From NCBI GenBank assembly GCA_965178125.1, contig OZ237755.1:186001-250000 (forward strand): a DNA stretch of 64,000 nucleotides, in the 5' to 3' direction. Under the pieces are notes generated by a model. It saw only the letters and a program-made list of their open reading frames with translations, did no database searches and was not told where the DNA came from. Of the stretch, positions 25,001 through 42,047 are shown in pieces. The stretch comes from Bilabrum cf. latius (taxonomy: Eukaryota). The position numbers and the translations under genes were made by a program. Numbering within the stretch: position 1 is the stretch's first letter; each line of letters starts with the position of its first letter.

Positions 25001-28000
25001 TCCCTTTGAGACTCGATCGGAGACTCTCTCCCAGCTCGATTGCAACGCGGACAGCACATCAGCAGTCTCGGGCGACTTTCCTTCCCGCTCACCCCGAGCA
25101 CTGGACAATTCGCCGACTGCTCTGCTAGCGTGACTGCTGGCTGCCCTCAGGTTCAAGTCGGCGGGCTGGTCTACCTTCGCCGTTGCATGCGACGCAGAGG
25201 GCGTATCGCCGGCACGCCTCACTGCAACAGACCCTGCATCCTGGGACGCCCCCGCTGCATCTGCTCCGAACCGCCGGTTAAGCATGCTGAGTGCAAGTGA
25301 CTTAGGCCTGCCTCTCAAATGGGCTGGCTTGCCGCCCGCATCCTGCGATGGAGCCGCGTCACCGAGCAATGGCCGGTCCTCGGTCGCAGAATCCGATTGC
25401 ATCGCATGCTGCTCCAGTTGACCGCCCTTTCCTGCTTCAGCCTCCTTCCCTTCTTGGTGCCAACCCACGCCGGACCCACTCAGGCCTTCCTGCCCCAGCG
25501 CAGCGCCCTTGCCTGAATGGGCAACGAGAGCACCAGATCCACTGGGCGCACCACCACCAGCAACGTGACCCATCCACGGAGACCCCGGTGATCCAGGAGA
25601 GCCCATGGCCCGTCGATCGCGCCGCATGCTCCCCCGCTGAGGCTGCGAGGAGGGCGACCCATTGAGGATGCCCATCACGGCGGCCAGCGGCGACTGGTGC
25701 TTCCGTCTGCCACTCCCCGTGCTAGCTCGGCGCACCCCGCTGCCTGCCGCCGCAGATCCGTTGGAAAGTGCGAGCGCAAGCTGACCCCCGCTGACCCTTG
25801 CCCTCTCCTCCTCCTCATGCGCCGCAGCTCGATGCACCAGGTCTTCGTCCCCACTCTCCACACCGCCGTCCGAATAGGTCCGCGCGCGATCGCCAGGGCC
25901 GCTGCCCCCGACACCGCTGCTGCTGGCGCTGCTGCTGACGCTGGCATAGTCGCCTCTCAACTCGTCACCCTCTCCCGACTCGGACCTGATACTCGGCAGC
26001 ACCTGCATGCCGGGGCCGCCCTCCCCCATCGCCCCCCTCTGCCCCTGCCCCTGTCTGTGCCTGTGCCTATGCCTCTGTGCTTGCCTCTATGCCTGCCTCG
26101 CCCGCTTCCTCTCCCTCCTCTCCTCCGCCTTGTGGTAGGATCCAGACTTGTACAGCGCCTCGGCTGCCTCGAGCACACGCTCGGCCCTGGCCATGATTAC
26201 CCCCGTCTCGTCCTCGGTCAGGCCATCGGCCGCCTCAACCAGCTGCACCAGCTGCCGCACCGCCTCCTCCTCCTCCACGGACAACTCGCCCGCTCCGCGA
26301 ATGGCCGCGTATCCGTCAACCAGCGGATGCGCCGCGGCCGGCCAGCGGTTCTTTCTCTGCACACTGGGCACGACCGGCTCGTCCTGAGACTGCCCGGACC
26401 CGGGCAGGAGCCCCCACCCGAGCAGCAGCGCCACCCAGCCCGGCCCCAGCGCCAGTCGCTGGCTCACGTCAACCTTGGCCTCCAGCACCTCGGCCAGGAC
26501 GGGCTCCACCAGCAGCGCCAGGCCCCTCTTCTCCTCCCGCAAGAACCTCGAGTGGGCCTCAGGCCCGTCCCACGGCTTGGGCCGCAGAGGTAGCGCAAGC
26601 ACGCTGGGCGCATCGCCACCGGACCGTTTCCAGAACTTGGAGCTGGAGGACACCGCTAGCGCCTGCATTGCATCTCTCGAGGCGCGGGAGGCTGCCGAAG
26701 ACGTAGCCCCCGAGACCGTGCTTGCGTTGCCGGGGGAGCGCCAGGGGCCTCCCTGCCCAGCCCCTCCCCCCAACTCGGGGTCATCGACCGACTGCTCCTG
26801 CCCCTCTAGCTGCCCATGCTCCTACTCACTGCCTTGCTTCCGCTCTGCCTGCATGTATGCCACAAGCACCTGCTGCGGGGTCATGCCTGCCTGCCTTGCC
26901 ACTGCGTCTGGGTTCAAACCCCTACCCTTGCCCCCACTGCCACCACCCGGCGAGACCCGTCGGCCGCCCCCTCCCTGCTCCCCATGTCGCTGTCCGTGCC
27001 CTGGCGAGGACATGGCCGCCGCAGGTGACGCGACAAGGGACCCGGCAGGGTTCACCTGCGTGTGCCATTGCCCCGCCTCCTCCTGGCTGCCGTGTCCAGG
27101 CGAGCCCGAGCCCGAGCTGGCCTACTTTCCCACCGCAGCTGGGCTGCGTGGCTGCTTGGTCCCGCGGTTCCTGCGCCCCGACCTGCCGCCAACGCCACGC
27201 GGCAGCAACCCCTTGAGCCTGGACAAAGAGGGCGAGGCCGGGGCGCCACTGCGAGGACCAGCTACCACCGCCGCCTGCGATCTGGCAGTCCAACCGCCCT
27301 CCTTGTTCTCTGGATCTGCTTCCTCGAGTCCTTCATCCTCCCTCGATGCCCCTTGTTCTCTGCCCTTGCCCTAGCCCTCACCAGCCCGCGGGTTACTCCC
27401 CAGCGCCTCGATCGCCTCGTCATCTACAAAGGTGGACAGGGTCTGCTCGCCGATGCGGCGTCTCGCGGCTGCCTTGGCCGAGCCACGGGGGGTCCCACTG
27501 GAGCCCAATGCTAGAGACGGGTCTCCTGCAGCTTCGTCCAGCTGCAAGGGAGGAGGGGCCTAGCCCCTCGGCACCCCCTGCTTGTGCGTGTCACCATCTG
27601 TTCCAATCGATCCCCCACGCCAGGGGGAGGGCTCGCTCGCTCTCATAGGAGACGCGGATGCCATGTGCCTGTCTCCCACGTTCTGGTCCTCCTCCTACTC
27701 GGAATCGGAATCAACGCGAGTGACACGTACAGCCGCATACCCCTTTCCGCCAAGATCCCGATCGTTTGGCCCCCCTACCACGCTATAGCTCACCCCACTC
27801 CCATTGCTATTGCCGTGCTGGCCATGCCCTGCCCCCGGTGCCACCTGCCCCAGCCCATTTGCCTCTTCCTCCCCATCCTCATCCTCCTCCTCATCCAGGT
27901 CGATGTGTCCATCCCCCTCATCGTATTCATCCCTACCGCTGGTACTCTGGCTCCGAGATCCTTGCCTTGGCAGCTCCGGACCCCTCCCGGTCGCCCCTCC

Positions 28001-28984
28001 CAGCCCCATGCCCATGCCCACGCCCACGCCCATGCCCATGCCCATAGCCCCCCCCACGCCAGAGGAGGCAGCACCGGAGCCACCAGCATCGCTGGTGGAA
28101 TCCCGTCCCCTATCCCTGTCCATGTTCCTCTCTCTCTCAGTTACGGACTACCCCCCCTTACTAGACGCTCTCGACCCCAACCTCCTGCGGTGCGGAGCGA
28201 CTGCTTGCTGCTGCTATGCGCTGGCGCCAGCTCCTGCCCGCAGCAGACTGCCGCCGTGACTTCCTGCTCTAGCTGAGGACACGCTCGGGCGGCGGCGGTG
28301 CGGAGCAAGGTCTGTGATAATCACTCCAGCGCCCGCTCTTGCTCCCGCACCTCCAGGGAGAGAGACCGATGCGCTGGCGACACTGCGGTTGGTGTCATCG
28401 GCTGCTGCCTCTGCGTCTGCGCGTCCAGGGGTCGAGGGCGGGGCTCCTGTGGCAGATTCGGGGATAGACACAACGGATCGTGCTGGTTCTCTGGAGGGAC
28501 CAGCGCTTCTGAGGCTGCGTAGGCTCCGCTAGCGCCCTGGTTGCGTCCTCCTGCCGCCGTCTAGTGGCGTCCCTGATCCAGCAGCCGCGGTCCTGGTACG
28601 CAGCGGAGGAATCGACACGTCTTCCCGCATGCTGTTAACAAAAGCTACTGAAGTGCGCCTGAGCGAAAGCAACCATTGCATCATGTCTTGCTTAGTCTCG
28701 GTCCGCAGAGATTGGAATCCTTGCTCATCGCCACTATCCGCAGCCTCTGGCGGATGGACTTCGAAGTAACCAGGATAACCCCTTGGGTGGCTTATTGCTA
28801 TAACACGTGCTCCAACAAGGTCAATCTCGGTGTGCGGGGAGCCCTATGCTGCTGCTAGCGAGCCGCTGTCATCAAACAAGAGTAACTGTGATTCTGTCGC
28901 CACAGCGTAGCACTTTTTCCAGTACCTGTGGAACATGCCATCCAACTTGATCTCCAATTTCCCCTATCGAATAATGTCAACCAT
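16016..28984 (-). CDS. Giant intronless protein (~4322 aa): N-terminal PH domain, long low-complexity region, C-terminal SAM-like domains (~28 TAG)
   Basis: Sixteen minus-strand ORF-track fragments share one frame. All but the last end in TAG, and I found no TAA/TGA in the gaps; the frame ends TAA at 16016. The N-terminus MVDIIR*GKLEIK..WKKCYAVAT..LLLF..IDLVGARV..FEV..LRTETKQDMMQWLLSLR is PH-like. DDDVGDWLASIGCYHCADEFARAGF..LTRRHLEIIGI is SAM-like. Confidence 0.75.
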
Positions 28985-29083
28985 GGTTAGGTATAGCAAA
29001 GCGCCTTCTATGGCTGCTGAAATTGCGAGCTATTGCTGGAGTCTAGCGAGTCGTTGGGAGGGTAAGGTGCTGTTTCGAGATGC

Positions 29084-33535
<4,452 letters not shown>

Positions 33536-33781
33536 AAGGTGCACGTGAACTTGCGCTGGTATGCGTGCGAGAGGACAAATCCCCTCTCCAGCTGCTGCAC
33601 AGGCGAAGTATCTTAGATCTTGACCTTCTATATTGGCAAGCACTTTAGTATTGTTTGCATTTGCATTCTGCCTCGAGGGTGCATCGCACTGGGATGGTTC
33701 AAGGACTCGTCTACAGCAATTCATTGAGGACGATCGGCCACAGGGTGGACGCACGACGACATGCACAAAATTAGGAGTCAT

Positions 33782-35588
33782 ATGCGGCGTAGACTCACGC
33801 AATCGTGGGGGAGAATAGCCCCTAGAGGCCGGTTTGTATCGGGGGTAGCCGGCTCACTCGGCGCTGGATTTGCGTTGACTGTATGGGCAACCAGGGGCGA
33901 ATCAAAGTGCGATGCAGGAAACCCGAGCTTAGATGTCACATCCGATGCCATAGTCCTCTCTCACACGCCAACTAGTCGCGAGATATTCATGGGTGAGTCG
34001 GACGGTCGCAACAGCAACACGCAAAGCCGCGATCCAAGCCAATTCCTAGACGATTGCGAAGCCTACGAATTCGTTCGCAGGCAATTATGAGAACCGGGTT
34101 CGGAGTTATAGCAACCCTGAGAAAGTTTTCGAGTATTTTGCGTCTGTAATTGATGAAAAAGGCGACGCTCAGATGACGCCTACTGACTTTCTTCGAGCAG
34201 TCACGCCCTATAACCCTGCAATAGGCGGACAGGTCGGGAGCAGAAATACAAAGTACCAATTCTCTGCGCACAAGGACAAGGCATCAGAAGAGTGTCGCAA
34301 GTAGCACCTAGTGGAGGTTACCAAGGCGCTCAGCGGGGACCACGGAGGTGCAAGTGCATCCCTTCGGGCGCTTAAAATCGACTAGAAAGTTGACCTTGGT
34401 ACGCATATGCACGTACTATCCGAGCTTAATACGTCCAGCCGCGCGTTCGAGGCCGCCGTCGTCTCTGCGCTGACTGGGGTCAGCAGCCTCGCGGAGTTTG
34501 AGGCGATGAGCGGCGAGCGTCTGGCCGAGATCATCCCCGACGTGACGCAGCGGAGGGCGCTGCTGCAGCTGCACGGGCTCGGCCACTTCCGGGACCTGGT
34601 GGACACCGACGGGGACGGTTTGATCTCCTTCGGCGAGTACGTTTTTTTCGTGACGCTGCTGGCGGTTTCCACCGAGCAGCTGCGCAAGACGTTCCGGGAA
34701 TTCGACCGGGACGGGTCCGGCACGCTGGACCGAGACGAGTTCTTGCAGATGATGCAGAAAGTGCGTGGTTCCATGGACTACGGGCGGCAGGTGCGGGACC
34801 GTGACCTGCTCGGTAGGGACCTGGGCCGCGTGCGCACGGGTGGCGACCTCACCCGGTTCTTCGGGGAAGACGGGAAGAGGGCGCTGTCGCTGGGCGAGTT
34901 TGAGGGGTACGTGGCCGAGGTGCGGCGGGCCGTCCTGCGGCACGAGTTCAGAGAGGCTGACGGGGACGGGAACGGCTGGCTGTCAGGGGCCGAGTTCGCC
35001 CGTCTGCTGCTGCCCTTCGCCTCCCCCGACCAGGCCGAGGCGTGGGGGGCCAGGGCGCAAAGGAGGCTGGTTGCCATGCAGGACAGGGCAGCCAGTGCCT
35101 CGGAGCGGGCGGACCAGAGGGTGTTGTTCCCTGAGTACGAGCGGTTCGACCGGCTGGTGAGGAGCCAGGCACTGCTGCGGGCGGCGCTCGAGGCGGGAGA
35201 GGAACAGAGTGGGGCTGGGGCTGGGGCTGGCCCGGGGGGGGTGGACCGAGCGTGGTTTGGGATTGCGGCAGAGGCGGTGCTCAGGAGCTCGAGTCCAGCC
35301 GAAGCGGCTGCGGCCGTGCGGGGCGCAGGCACAGCGACCGGGGAGCAGACCCACCGGGGCGCGGGGCTGTCGGCATACCAGGTCGAGGTGATCTTTGCGC
35401 TGTTCGATGCGGACGGGGATGGGACGCTGAGCAGGGAGGAGTTCCTGGACGTCGTGTCCAAGAGGGCCTCGAGGGGGCTTAGCGAGGCGAGGACATTCTG
35501 GCTGTGGGACAAGACGTCCGCGGCGCTTGGGTCTGCCAAGGAGACGATCGCTCAGGCGCTGCCGTCCGTGTTTGGTGGCAGGAGCTGA
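33782..35588 (+). CDS. MICU1: MICU1-like mitochondrial calcium uptake EF-hand protein; exons 33782-33992, 34081-35588; 2 TAG
   Basis: Arg-rich presequence-like N-terminus, then [30 protein letters not shown] and [22 protein letters not shown] hands [26 protein letters not shown] and [14 protein letters not shown]-terminal KRASRGL. TAG at 34302 and 34383; ends TGA. Confidence 0.85.
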
Positions 35589-35776
35589 AAACTGAAGCGA
35601 TGAACCGTCTCAATCGCTCATGTGTGTTTCCTTTACACAATATCAAGCTGCTGTATAGCAGCCATCAACATCACCACATGCAACAAACGATCCGGGCAAC
35701 CCAAGGAATCGTCACGCCGGCGGCCCGAGGCCAGGCCCGCTGCGTGACGGCAACCGCCATTTTTCCACAGTTTCCC

Positions 35777-37117
35777 ATGGAGTCTGAGTCAAGAGCAGAT
35801 TTTGAAGCGCAATTGGACTCGGTTCAGCCGCTGGTAGTTGTATTATAGGCTTTGTCTTCTGGTTTGAAGGAGCAAAATGCAACGCTGATGGCAGGAAAAG
35901 AGAGTGAGCAAGTGCTCGACCGTACGGCAGGGCCTTCTGGACAGGTCAGCGTCAGTACAACAATTACCCCTTGCTTTTGTTAAACGCAGAATTGAGAATA
36001 TGCGTCGAAGAAAGCTCGCGAGCCTCGTAGGCCGTGGCGGTTCTCTAGGTGAGTGGTGCGTTCCAGCCTAGGCTGCAACGAAATAGGCATCTCGTCCAAA
36101 GCTTCCCACTCGCCGCATGCTCCCTCCCGCCAGAAGCGCGCGCAGAGATCCTTTTTCCAAACTTACTACGCTTGCGATGTTCCTGACGACGTGGAAGAAA
36201 TTGATTCTGCGAAGTTTGCCGTGAATTTGAAAGCTCTCATCGAATGCCTCCAAATTTTTGGGTCCTCTAGCCTTGAACGGACCAGGCTTACGATGGCTTA
36301 TTCAGATCGTGACAAGCTGTTTCGACTCAGCCTGCAAGATGGCAGCGTTCTCACGCAATGCGAGTTCACCACGATGGAGAGCGGCCCGGACGTCTCTTTT
36401 CCCGACGACTTTAAGGAGCAGGGGCAGCGGCATATCGTCCAATGCCGCAGCAAAGCTCTTAGAGACGCTATTTCAGACGTGATTGACACCCCTGGAGCCA
36501 GCACTCTTACTTTGTCCGTGATTCCAGACCGTCGACTGGTGCGGATCGCAGCGGACGGGGACGACGGGCTGTGCCGCGTGGACCTTTCCACGACTGACAG
36601 CTCTCTGTTCCTCGGGTCTGGTCTCCACGAAGACGCTTCGACCTATTCGTACCGCCTCCGCCTCATGGCCGAGGCCTTCAAGGGCACGTCCTTCGCGCAC
36701 GTGACCACGATCCGGCAGGGGAACGCGGGCATGGCTGCCGTCCTTCACAGGCTTCACGTGGCTGCCCCCGTGGGCATGGGGGCGGATGCGGCGGAGGGGC
36801 TTGCATCTGCATGCACCATCGGGTACTTTGTGTGCGCGGACGAGGCGGATGACGACAGCGATGCGGGAGGGGCGGTGGCAGGGGCAGGGGGGAAGGCGGT
36901 TGGTGCGGGGAGTGCAATGGCCGGGAGCATAGGGGGTGCTGGTGCGGGGCCTGGCGCTGCAGTCGAAGGAGAGAGGCAAGGACAAGCGATGGGCATGGAT
37001 GAAGATGCAGACGAGGAGGACGAGGAAGAGGAGGCTGGCGAGCAGATGGCAAGAAGGGGTGCAAGGGGGAGGGGCGGGGCTTCCATCGGTCGCAAGAGGA
37101 GCAGAGGCCCGGGCTGA
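35777..37117 (+). CDS. RAD1: Checkpoint clamp (9-1-1) subunit RAD1; exons 35777-35903, 35990-36048, 36146-37117; 3 TAG
   Basis: Spliced protein: FEAQLDSVQPLVVVL*AL..KLRICVEESSRAS*AVAVL*RSFFQTY..FAVNLKALIECLQIFG..L.MAY....LFRLSLQDGSVLTQCEFTTME, matching the Rad1/Rec1/Rad17 family. TAG at 35846, 36028 and 36046; ends TGA. Confidence 0.85.
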
Positions 37118-37283
37118 GTGGATCACTACGATCGAATGAAAGGAAAATAATATCGACTTCCATTAAATGGCATGCATAGTGCATAGTATGGGCTGCGCGT
37201 GCATTGGCTTCATTCATTTCTGCCTGCACGGTGATGACTGGCCTGGGGCTGGTATCACATGCGTTGCCACTTTTTCGGCTCAC

Positions 37284-38432
37284 TCAGAATTCAGTCGGCA
37301 CTTTCACAAAGGTGATGTTCCCGTAGAGGTGAGAGGGGCACCCCTCGCCCCCGTGCTCGTAGATGAGGCCCAGCCACTCCCTGTTCCCGTCCAGCCCCTG
37401 CATGGGCGAGAGGCTGCTGTAGGCGGACGGCCCCGGGTCCACCACCAGCGCGCGGGGCCAGGTCCTGCCCCCGTCCAGCGAGGCCCGGACCGTCATGTTG
37501 CGGCGGGCCGCTGTGCTCGAGGGGTTCGAGAAGTACAACCGCCCTGCCCCGGTTCCGCTGCGCGGCGCCGCTACGGACCCCTCGCACTCCGAGGTGGGCA
37601 GGTCGTGGCTGAACTGGATCGCCGACCAGGTGGCACCCCCGTCAGCCGAGGTGGCATAGGCTCTGCACCGGCAGGGGGCCTGGATCTGGTCCGTGATGCG
37701 CAGGGAGAGGAAGAGCGTCCCGTCCGCAAGTTCCGCCAGGGAGGACTCATCCACGCCCCGGAGCCTGGCCGGTGACAGCGTCCAGGTGCTGCCCATGTCG
37801 TCGCTGTACCAGATCACGTCCGTGTTGCCTGGCAGCGGATCCGGCGTGCTGCCGTTCGACCCGAGCAGGGACGATCGATTCAGGACAGAGTAGCTACCGC
37901 TCATCACGATCCTGCCTCTGTGCGGCGATTGGGGAGAATGCAGCTGCACGCCGCGGCCAGGGCCCGGCCGCAGGCCGTTGCCATACGGCGCAATCTGTCG
38001 AGTCACCGGGCGCGGCAAACTCCAGTGCATGCCGTTGTCGCTTGATATCACTTGCTCAACCAAGCATGGTCGCGACAGGCAGTAAGTTCTATTTACCAGG
38101 TACTGCATCATATGGAATCGCTTCGCTCCATCGAGCACTAGGACCGTGTCCGGGTTCCACAGAGTACCGTTCCTACTTCCAAGGAACTGAAGGTCAGTCC
38201 AGGTCCGACCTTCATCCTCTGAACGCTTGATTGCAAGCTGTTTCTTGGTTTCATCGTCGCAGTTGGCTATGCGGGCTTCTGCAACTGCAAGCAAGCTTCC
38301 TGGGCTGGTGCCTTGCACCAAGGACGGAATGCGGTAGCAGGCGACTCCCCCCTCGCCCGCATAAAAGACAGTGCTAGTGAGAAGACTGGACGAGACAAGC
38401 GTTGCACCAGCGATCGCGACAGCAAGCAGCAT
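37284..38432 (-). CDS. Sialidase/neuraminidase-like (GH33), signal peptide, Asp-boxes
   Basis: Signal MLLAVAIAGATLVSSSLL; YRIP motif; Asp boxes SEDEGRTW, SSDNGMHW, SDDMGSTW, SADGGATW and SLDGGRTW; GPSAYSSL. No TAG; ends TGA. Confidence 0.9.
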   Translation of the reverse strand: MLLAVAIAGATLVSSSLLTSTVFYAGEGGVACYRIPSLVQGTSPGSLLAVAEARIANCDDETKKQLAIKRSEDEGRTWTDLQFLGSRNGTLWNPDTVLVLDGAKRFHMMQYLVNRTYCLSRPCLVEQVISSDNGMHWSLPRPVTRQIAPYGNGLRPGPGRGVQLHSPQSPHRGRIVMSGSYSVLNRSSLLGSNGSTPDPLPGNTDVIWYSDDMGSTWTLSPARLRGVDESSLAELADGTLFLSLRITDQIQAPCRCRAYATSADGGATWSAIQFSHDLPTSECEGSVAAPRSGTGAGRLYFSNPSSTAARRNMTVRASLDGGRTWPRALVVDPGPSAYSSLSPMQGLDGNREWLGLIYEHGGEGCPSHLYGNITFVKVPTEF

Positions 38433-38873
38433 CGAAGATTCTATCTTGGATCGCTCGATCGCCGAGAATTTATCTTCATCCTGCCACGTGCGAAGGCCAT
38501 CCTGCTTTCCGAGTCGCAGCATCCGGGTGTGTTGTGTCATGCCGCACCCACAGATGTCACGCCACGTCACCCGACTAACAGTTCAGCAGTGGTCCCATCC
38601 GCAGTGTAGAAGAAGGCCCCACGAGCGCCTATCTTGCCGTTGGTCGAACCGGATGCGCTCCAAGTCGCCCAGAGGCACTTGCTCGCCCAGAGGCACCTAC
38701 TCGCCCAGCAGTGCAGCGTTGCCGCACCATGTCACGAAATAACAGCCTCAGTGTGGCCCTTGCGAGTCGCATAGTCACACGATCGTACTAGCAAGCCGAA
38801 TGAGGAACCGCAAAAACAGGATTTCAGCGGCGCAAGTGCTGCTAGCATGCCAGTGGTAGTGGTCCTCTGGTCC

Positions 38874-40277
38874 TCACCCTTCGCCTTGCCCTTCCCCCGC
38901 CTGTGCCACCTTCTCCCTGCGCTCTTGCTCCTACCACATCCCAACTTTGTCCCGAAGCAGACCCCACGACTTGCCTCTGTACTCTTCCTTGCACGACGGC
39001 TGCTGGATCGCACCCCCGCCGCCCTGACCTCCTCCCCCTCCTCCTCCCCCTCCTCCTCCTCCTCCTCCACCGGGGACCCCTCCAGGCCCCACTCTCGCTG
39101 GCCTGAGCGAATCGCGGGGAGGAGGATACCAGCTACCTGGCACACGGTCCAGCACCCAATGCTCCACCTCGCAATGGCCGTCCTCTACACCCCGCGATCC
39201 CGCCCCGTTACCACCTCCACCTTGCATCGCCCTCATGGCGTACTCGAAGAAGAGCCTCAGCTTGTCCCGGCGCCCAGTGAGCCAGTCGTCGTATAGCCCC
39301 GCGAGGTGCAGGGCGAAATCCCCCCTGGAGTACTGCACGAACGAGGGGGCGCGGAGGGCCAGCTGTGAGCTGAGTCCGCAGGCCGGGAGCATCCTGAGCC
39401 TGGGTGCCCTGAAGGAGGGGTCGTGCTGCCTGAGGAACAAGAAGGCGCGCTGCTCGTACTGGAAGGGCTGGTTGCAGTCCCACGTCAGGGGCTCGAGGGA
39501 CCACGCCCGGGCGAGGAGGCGCCGCGCAAATGGAGTGTTCCGCACGGCAAAGAACCCCGTGTTGAGTCCGTTGCTGTCCCGAGTGGCGATGAAATCGGCC
39601 TGTCCCTGTCCCTGTCCCTGCCCCTCACCCGCCCCGCTGGCCAGCTCGGGCATGAGCGCGTCGAGAGGCAGGTCGGGCCGCATGAGCACGATGTCTGCAT
39701 CCACGTAGACCACCCAATCGTACCTCCGGCGGGCACCGGGCAGGTCAGAGTCGCGCTCCTCCATGAGAGCAAGAGCGGCAAGTATTTTGCTCCAGGCCAC
39801 GGGGCGGGTGTCGTTGATGGCGCTGTTCATGTTGCGGAAGTCGTAGCCGTGTCTCTCCGAGTAGCACTTGCGGTTGGCGTCGCCCAGAGGCCCGGCCCAC
39901 TCGGACCAGCCGCCTGCCCAGATCGACATGACCGCTACGGATGGACCAGTCGCGTGCAGGGCTTGCGAGCGCTGCGCATTGGCTCCAGCACCCTTGGATT
40001 CGCGCGGCTGCAGCGCTCCCGGCGGGAGGCCGCAAATGCTCTCTCTCGAGTACCCGCTAAGAAGTGCGATAGACATTGCAGGGTTGCTCTCCAGCAAAGC
40101 ATCTTTGAGAGAAGGAAATCCGGGAAAGACATGGTCTGCCCACCAAGCAATGCACAGCAGGCATAGTCCTACGAAGAACCACAAAGCCCATTGCCGCAGC
40201 CTGCTGGCCGAAATCCACCTACCGCAAAGTTGAAATCCCACAAAGCGCGGTCGGGCGACAGATAAAAGTCGTGCCAT
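38874..40277 (-). CDS. Glycosyltransferase family 34 (GMA12/MNN10-like) type II membrane protein
   Basis: N-terminal TM, then NRKCYSERHGYDF, WSKI, YDWVVYVDADIVLM (DxD), DSNGLNTGFFAVRNT, YEQRAF and GDFALHLAG. The ORF-track stop is TAG (38931); reading it as Gln extends the protein to TGA at 38874. Confidence 0.85.
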
Positions 40278-40457
40278 TCAAACGCAACGAACAAATACGA
40301 TGAGCGAGTGTGAATCAATGTAAATCTTTCTGGACTGAATAACCCGGAACCATCCAGGAAGTCAAGCTGTTCGGGCCAATCACGTTTCATTGCATTTTGC
40401 TAGCTGCCAGTCATGCTAATGTAGTGGTACAGTGTGACGACTTGAAAGAGTTTAACG

Positions 40458-41138
40458 ATGGAGCAGAAGCCGAAGCTCGGCCAGGGTGCGAGTAGGCTTG
40501 TTCGAGGGCTGCTGAGTGGGAATCGCAGGGCAGATCGCCGCCGAGAAGAGGCGCGTAAGCGAGCGATTGCACTCAGTGAATTAGTTGATGCAAGCTCTTT
40601 GAAGGAGAAGTCGTAGGGGGAAAGCACGCCTCAACGTAGTGAGACCAAGAGGGCGAAACCAACTGCAACTACAGCAAAATGCGAGTCTCTGGCTATGGCA
40701 GCTGGGGCTGCTCCAGTGCGAGACGAAAATAGGCGCGGCAAGTCCCGTGAAAGCCGAAGGGGCCATGCAGTGGCAGACGGAAGGCCATGCGCTAGAGCCA
40801 TGAAGGCGACTGCAGAGGTCCGCGAGCACCCCAGACTGTCACACACAGACGGCAGCAGACCGAGCAAAGCGCCGCGAGCACGCGCAGTGGCGGCCAAACA
40901 ACACCATGGCCGCGGAAGCAGCGCCCTCACTCGAGGAACTGCTGGACGAGGTGGGGCTGGGGCCGGCCACAAGCACTGGCAAAGCAAGACGGCGAGCACC
41001 CGAACGGCTAGCCGTTCTGAGCCCGCAGAGGCATCAGGACGAGCTGGTGCCACCGCTGGCATTGCCAGTGGTAGCTCAAAGAAAGTCAGAAGTCCAAGCT
41101 GGCGGAGTGCCGCAGCAGACCCTGGGACGGTGCCGTGA
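40458..41138 (+). CDS. Hypothetical basic protein (structure uncertain)
   Basis: ATG 40458, one TAG (40614), TGA 41136. An alternative downstream frame (40906 onward, 'SLEELLDEVGLG') may be the real 3' exon. No motif recognised. Confidence 0.3.
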
Positions 41139-41495
41139 CGTCCATCACCACTGGCAGGCTACTAGAAGGCTCGAAGAGCTCGGGAGGACGGAGCAAATGA
41201 ATGTGTGCGTGAGAAAGCGATATTCCGGAACACTGAGATAGGGAGGGCTTGGATTGCGCTTCCGAGTTTCCCCATTTGCTCGGAAAGCAGAGCACGGGCG
41301 CACCCGAGAGGGACATTTGAGCATTCCAGCTAGTCTTGCGAGCATGCATTTCACCCAACAAAACTGCCACTGCGACCCGCACACCCACCCAAATCAACAC
41401 AGATTTGCCTGCTCACAACAACCTACAGCAGTTGTCTTTCGGCAAGTGAACTGACCGCTGTGCTCCAATTTTCCTATGGTCCGCCAGTACGGTGC

Positions 41496-42047
41496 TTACT
41501 TGCCACCCTTGCGGCCGGCGCGGGCGCGACGGGCCTTCTCTCGCCTGGCGGCGAGCTGGGCAACGGTAGGCTTGTCGCTCTTGGAGACGGAAGCCTTCTT
41601 CTTGTCGAAGTCGCTGCGGGACATGCCAGCGAAGCCACGAGTGGTCTTGCCGGCAGCGCGGCGGCGGCGGCGGGCACCCTTCTCGAAATCCGTCTTCTTG
41701 TTGTTGAGACGGCGCCAAGCGGTAGTCCAAGTGAGCTTCGCTGGCTTCTTGCGCAGGAAGTACAGGGCCGCGGTCTTGCGGCCACTGAAGATAACCAGCT
41801 GCCCGTCACGGCGCACGAAGCGAGTGCCGCGGCCGGGGTAGATCTTGTTCTCACTGAAGGCGCACACCTCAGTCTGCGAATATAAAATAGACACATATAT
41901 CGAGACATTTCAGTGCATTCAGTCTTGGCGAGTGCGTGAAGCGGCCATGTTCAAAGTGCAACCAGGCAGCAGTTGACATTCAGAACGAGGTCACAGGGGC
42001 GAGGACGCCGGCCTGGCACATGCTTTCGGTCTAACCTTGATCACCAT
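41496..42047 (-). CDS. RPL24: 60S ribosomal protein L24 (eL24); exons 42036-42047, 41496-41873
   Basis: MVIK|TEVCAFSENKIYPGRGTRFVRRDG..KPAKLTWTTAWRRLNNK..GRKGGK; ends TAA; no TAG. Confidence 0.95.

Noticed and set aside
38664-38710. Short 18-bp-period repeat (tcgcccagaggcac...) as a CRISPR-like array
   Set aside because: Only about 2.5 copies, with no unique spacers and no cas genes, in a eukaryotic context.
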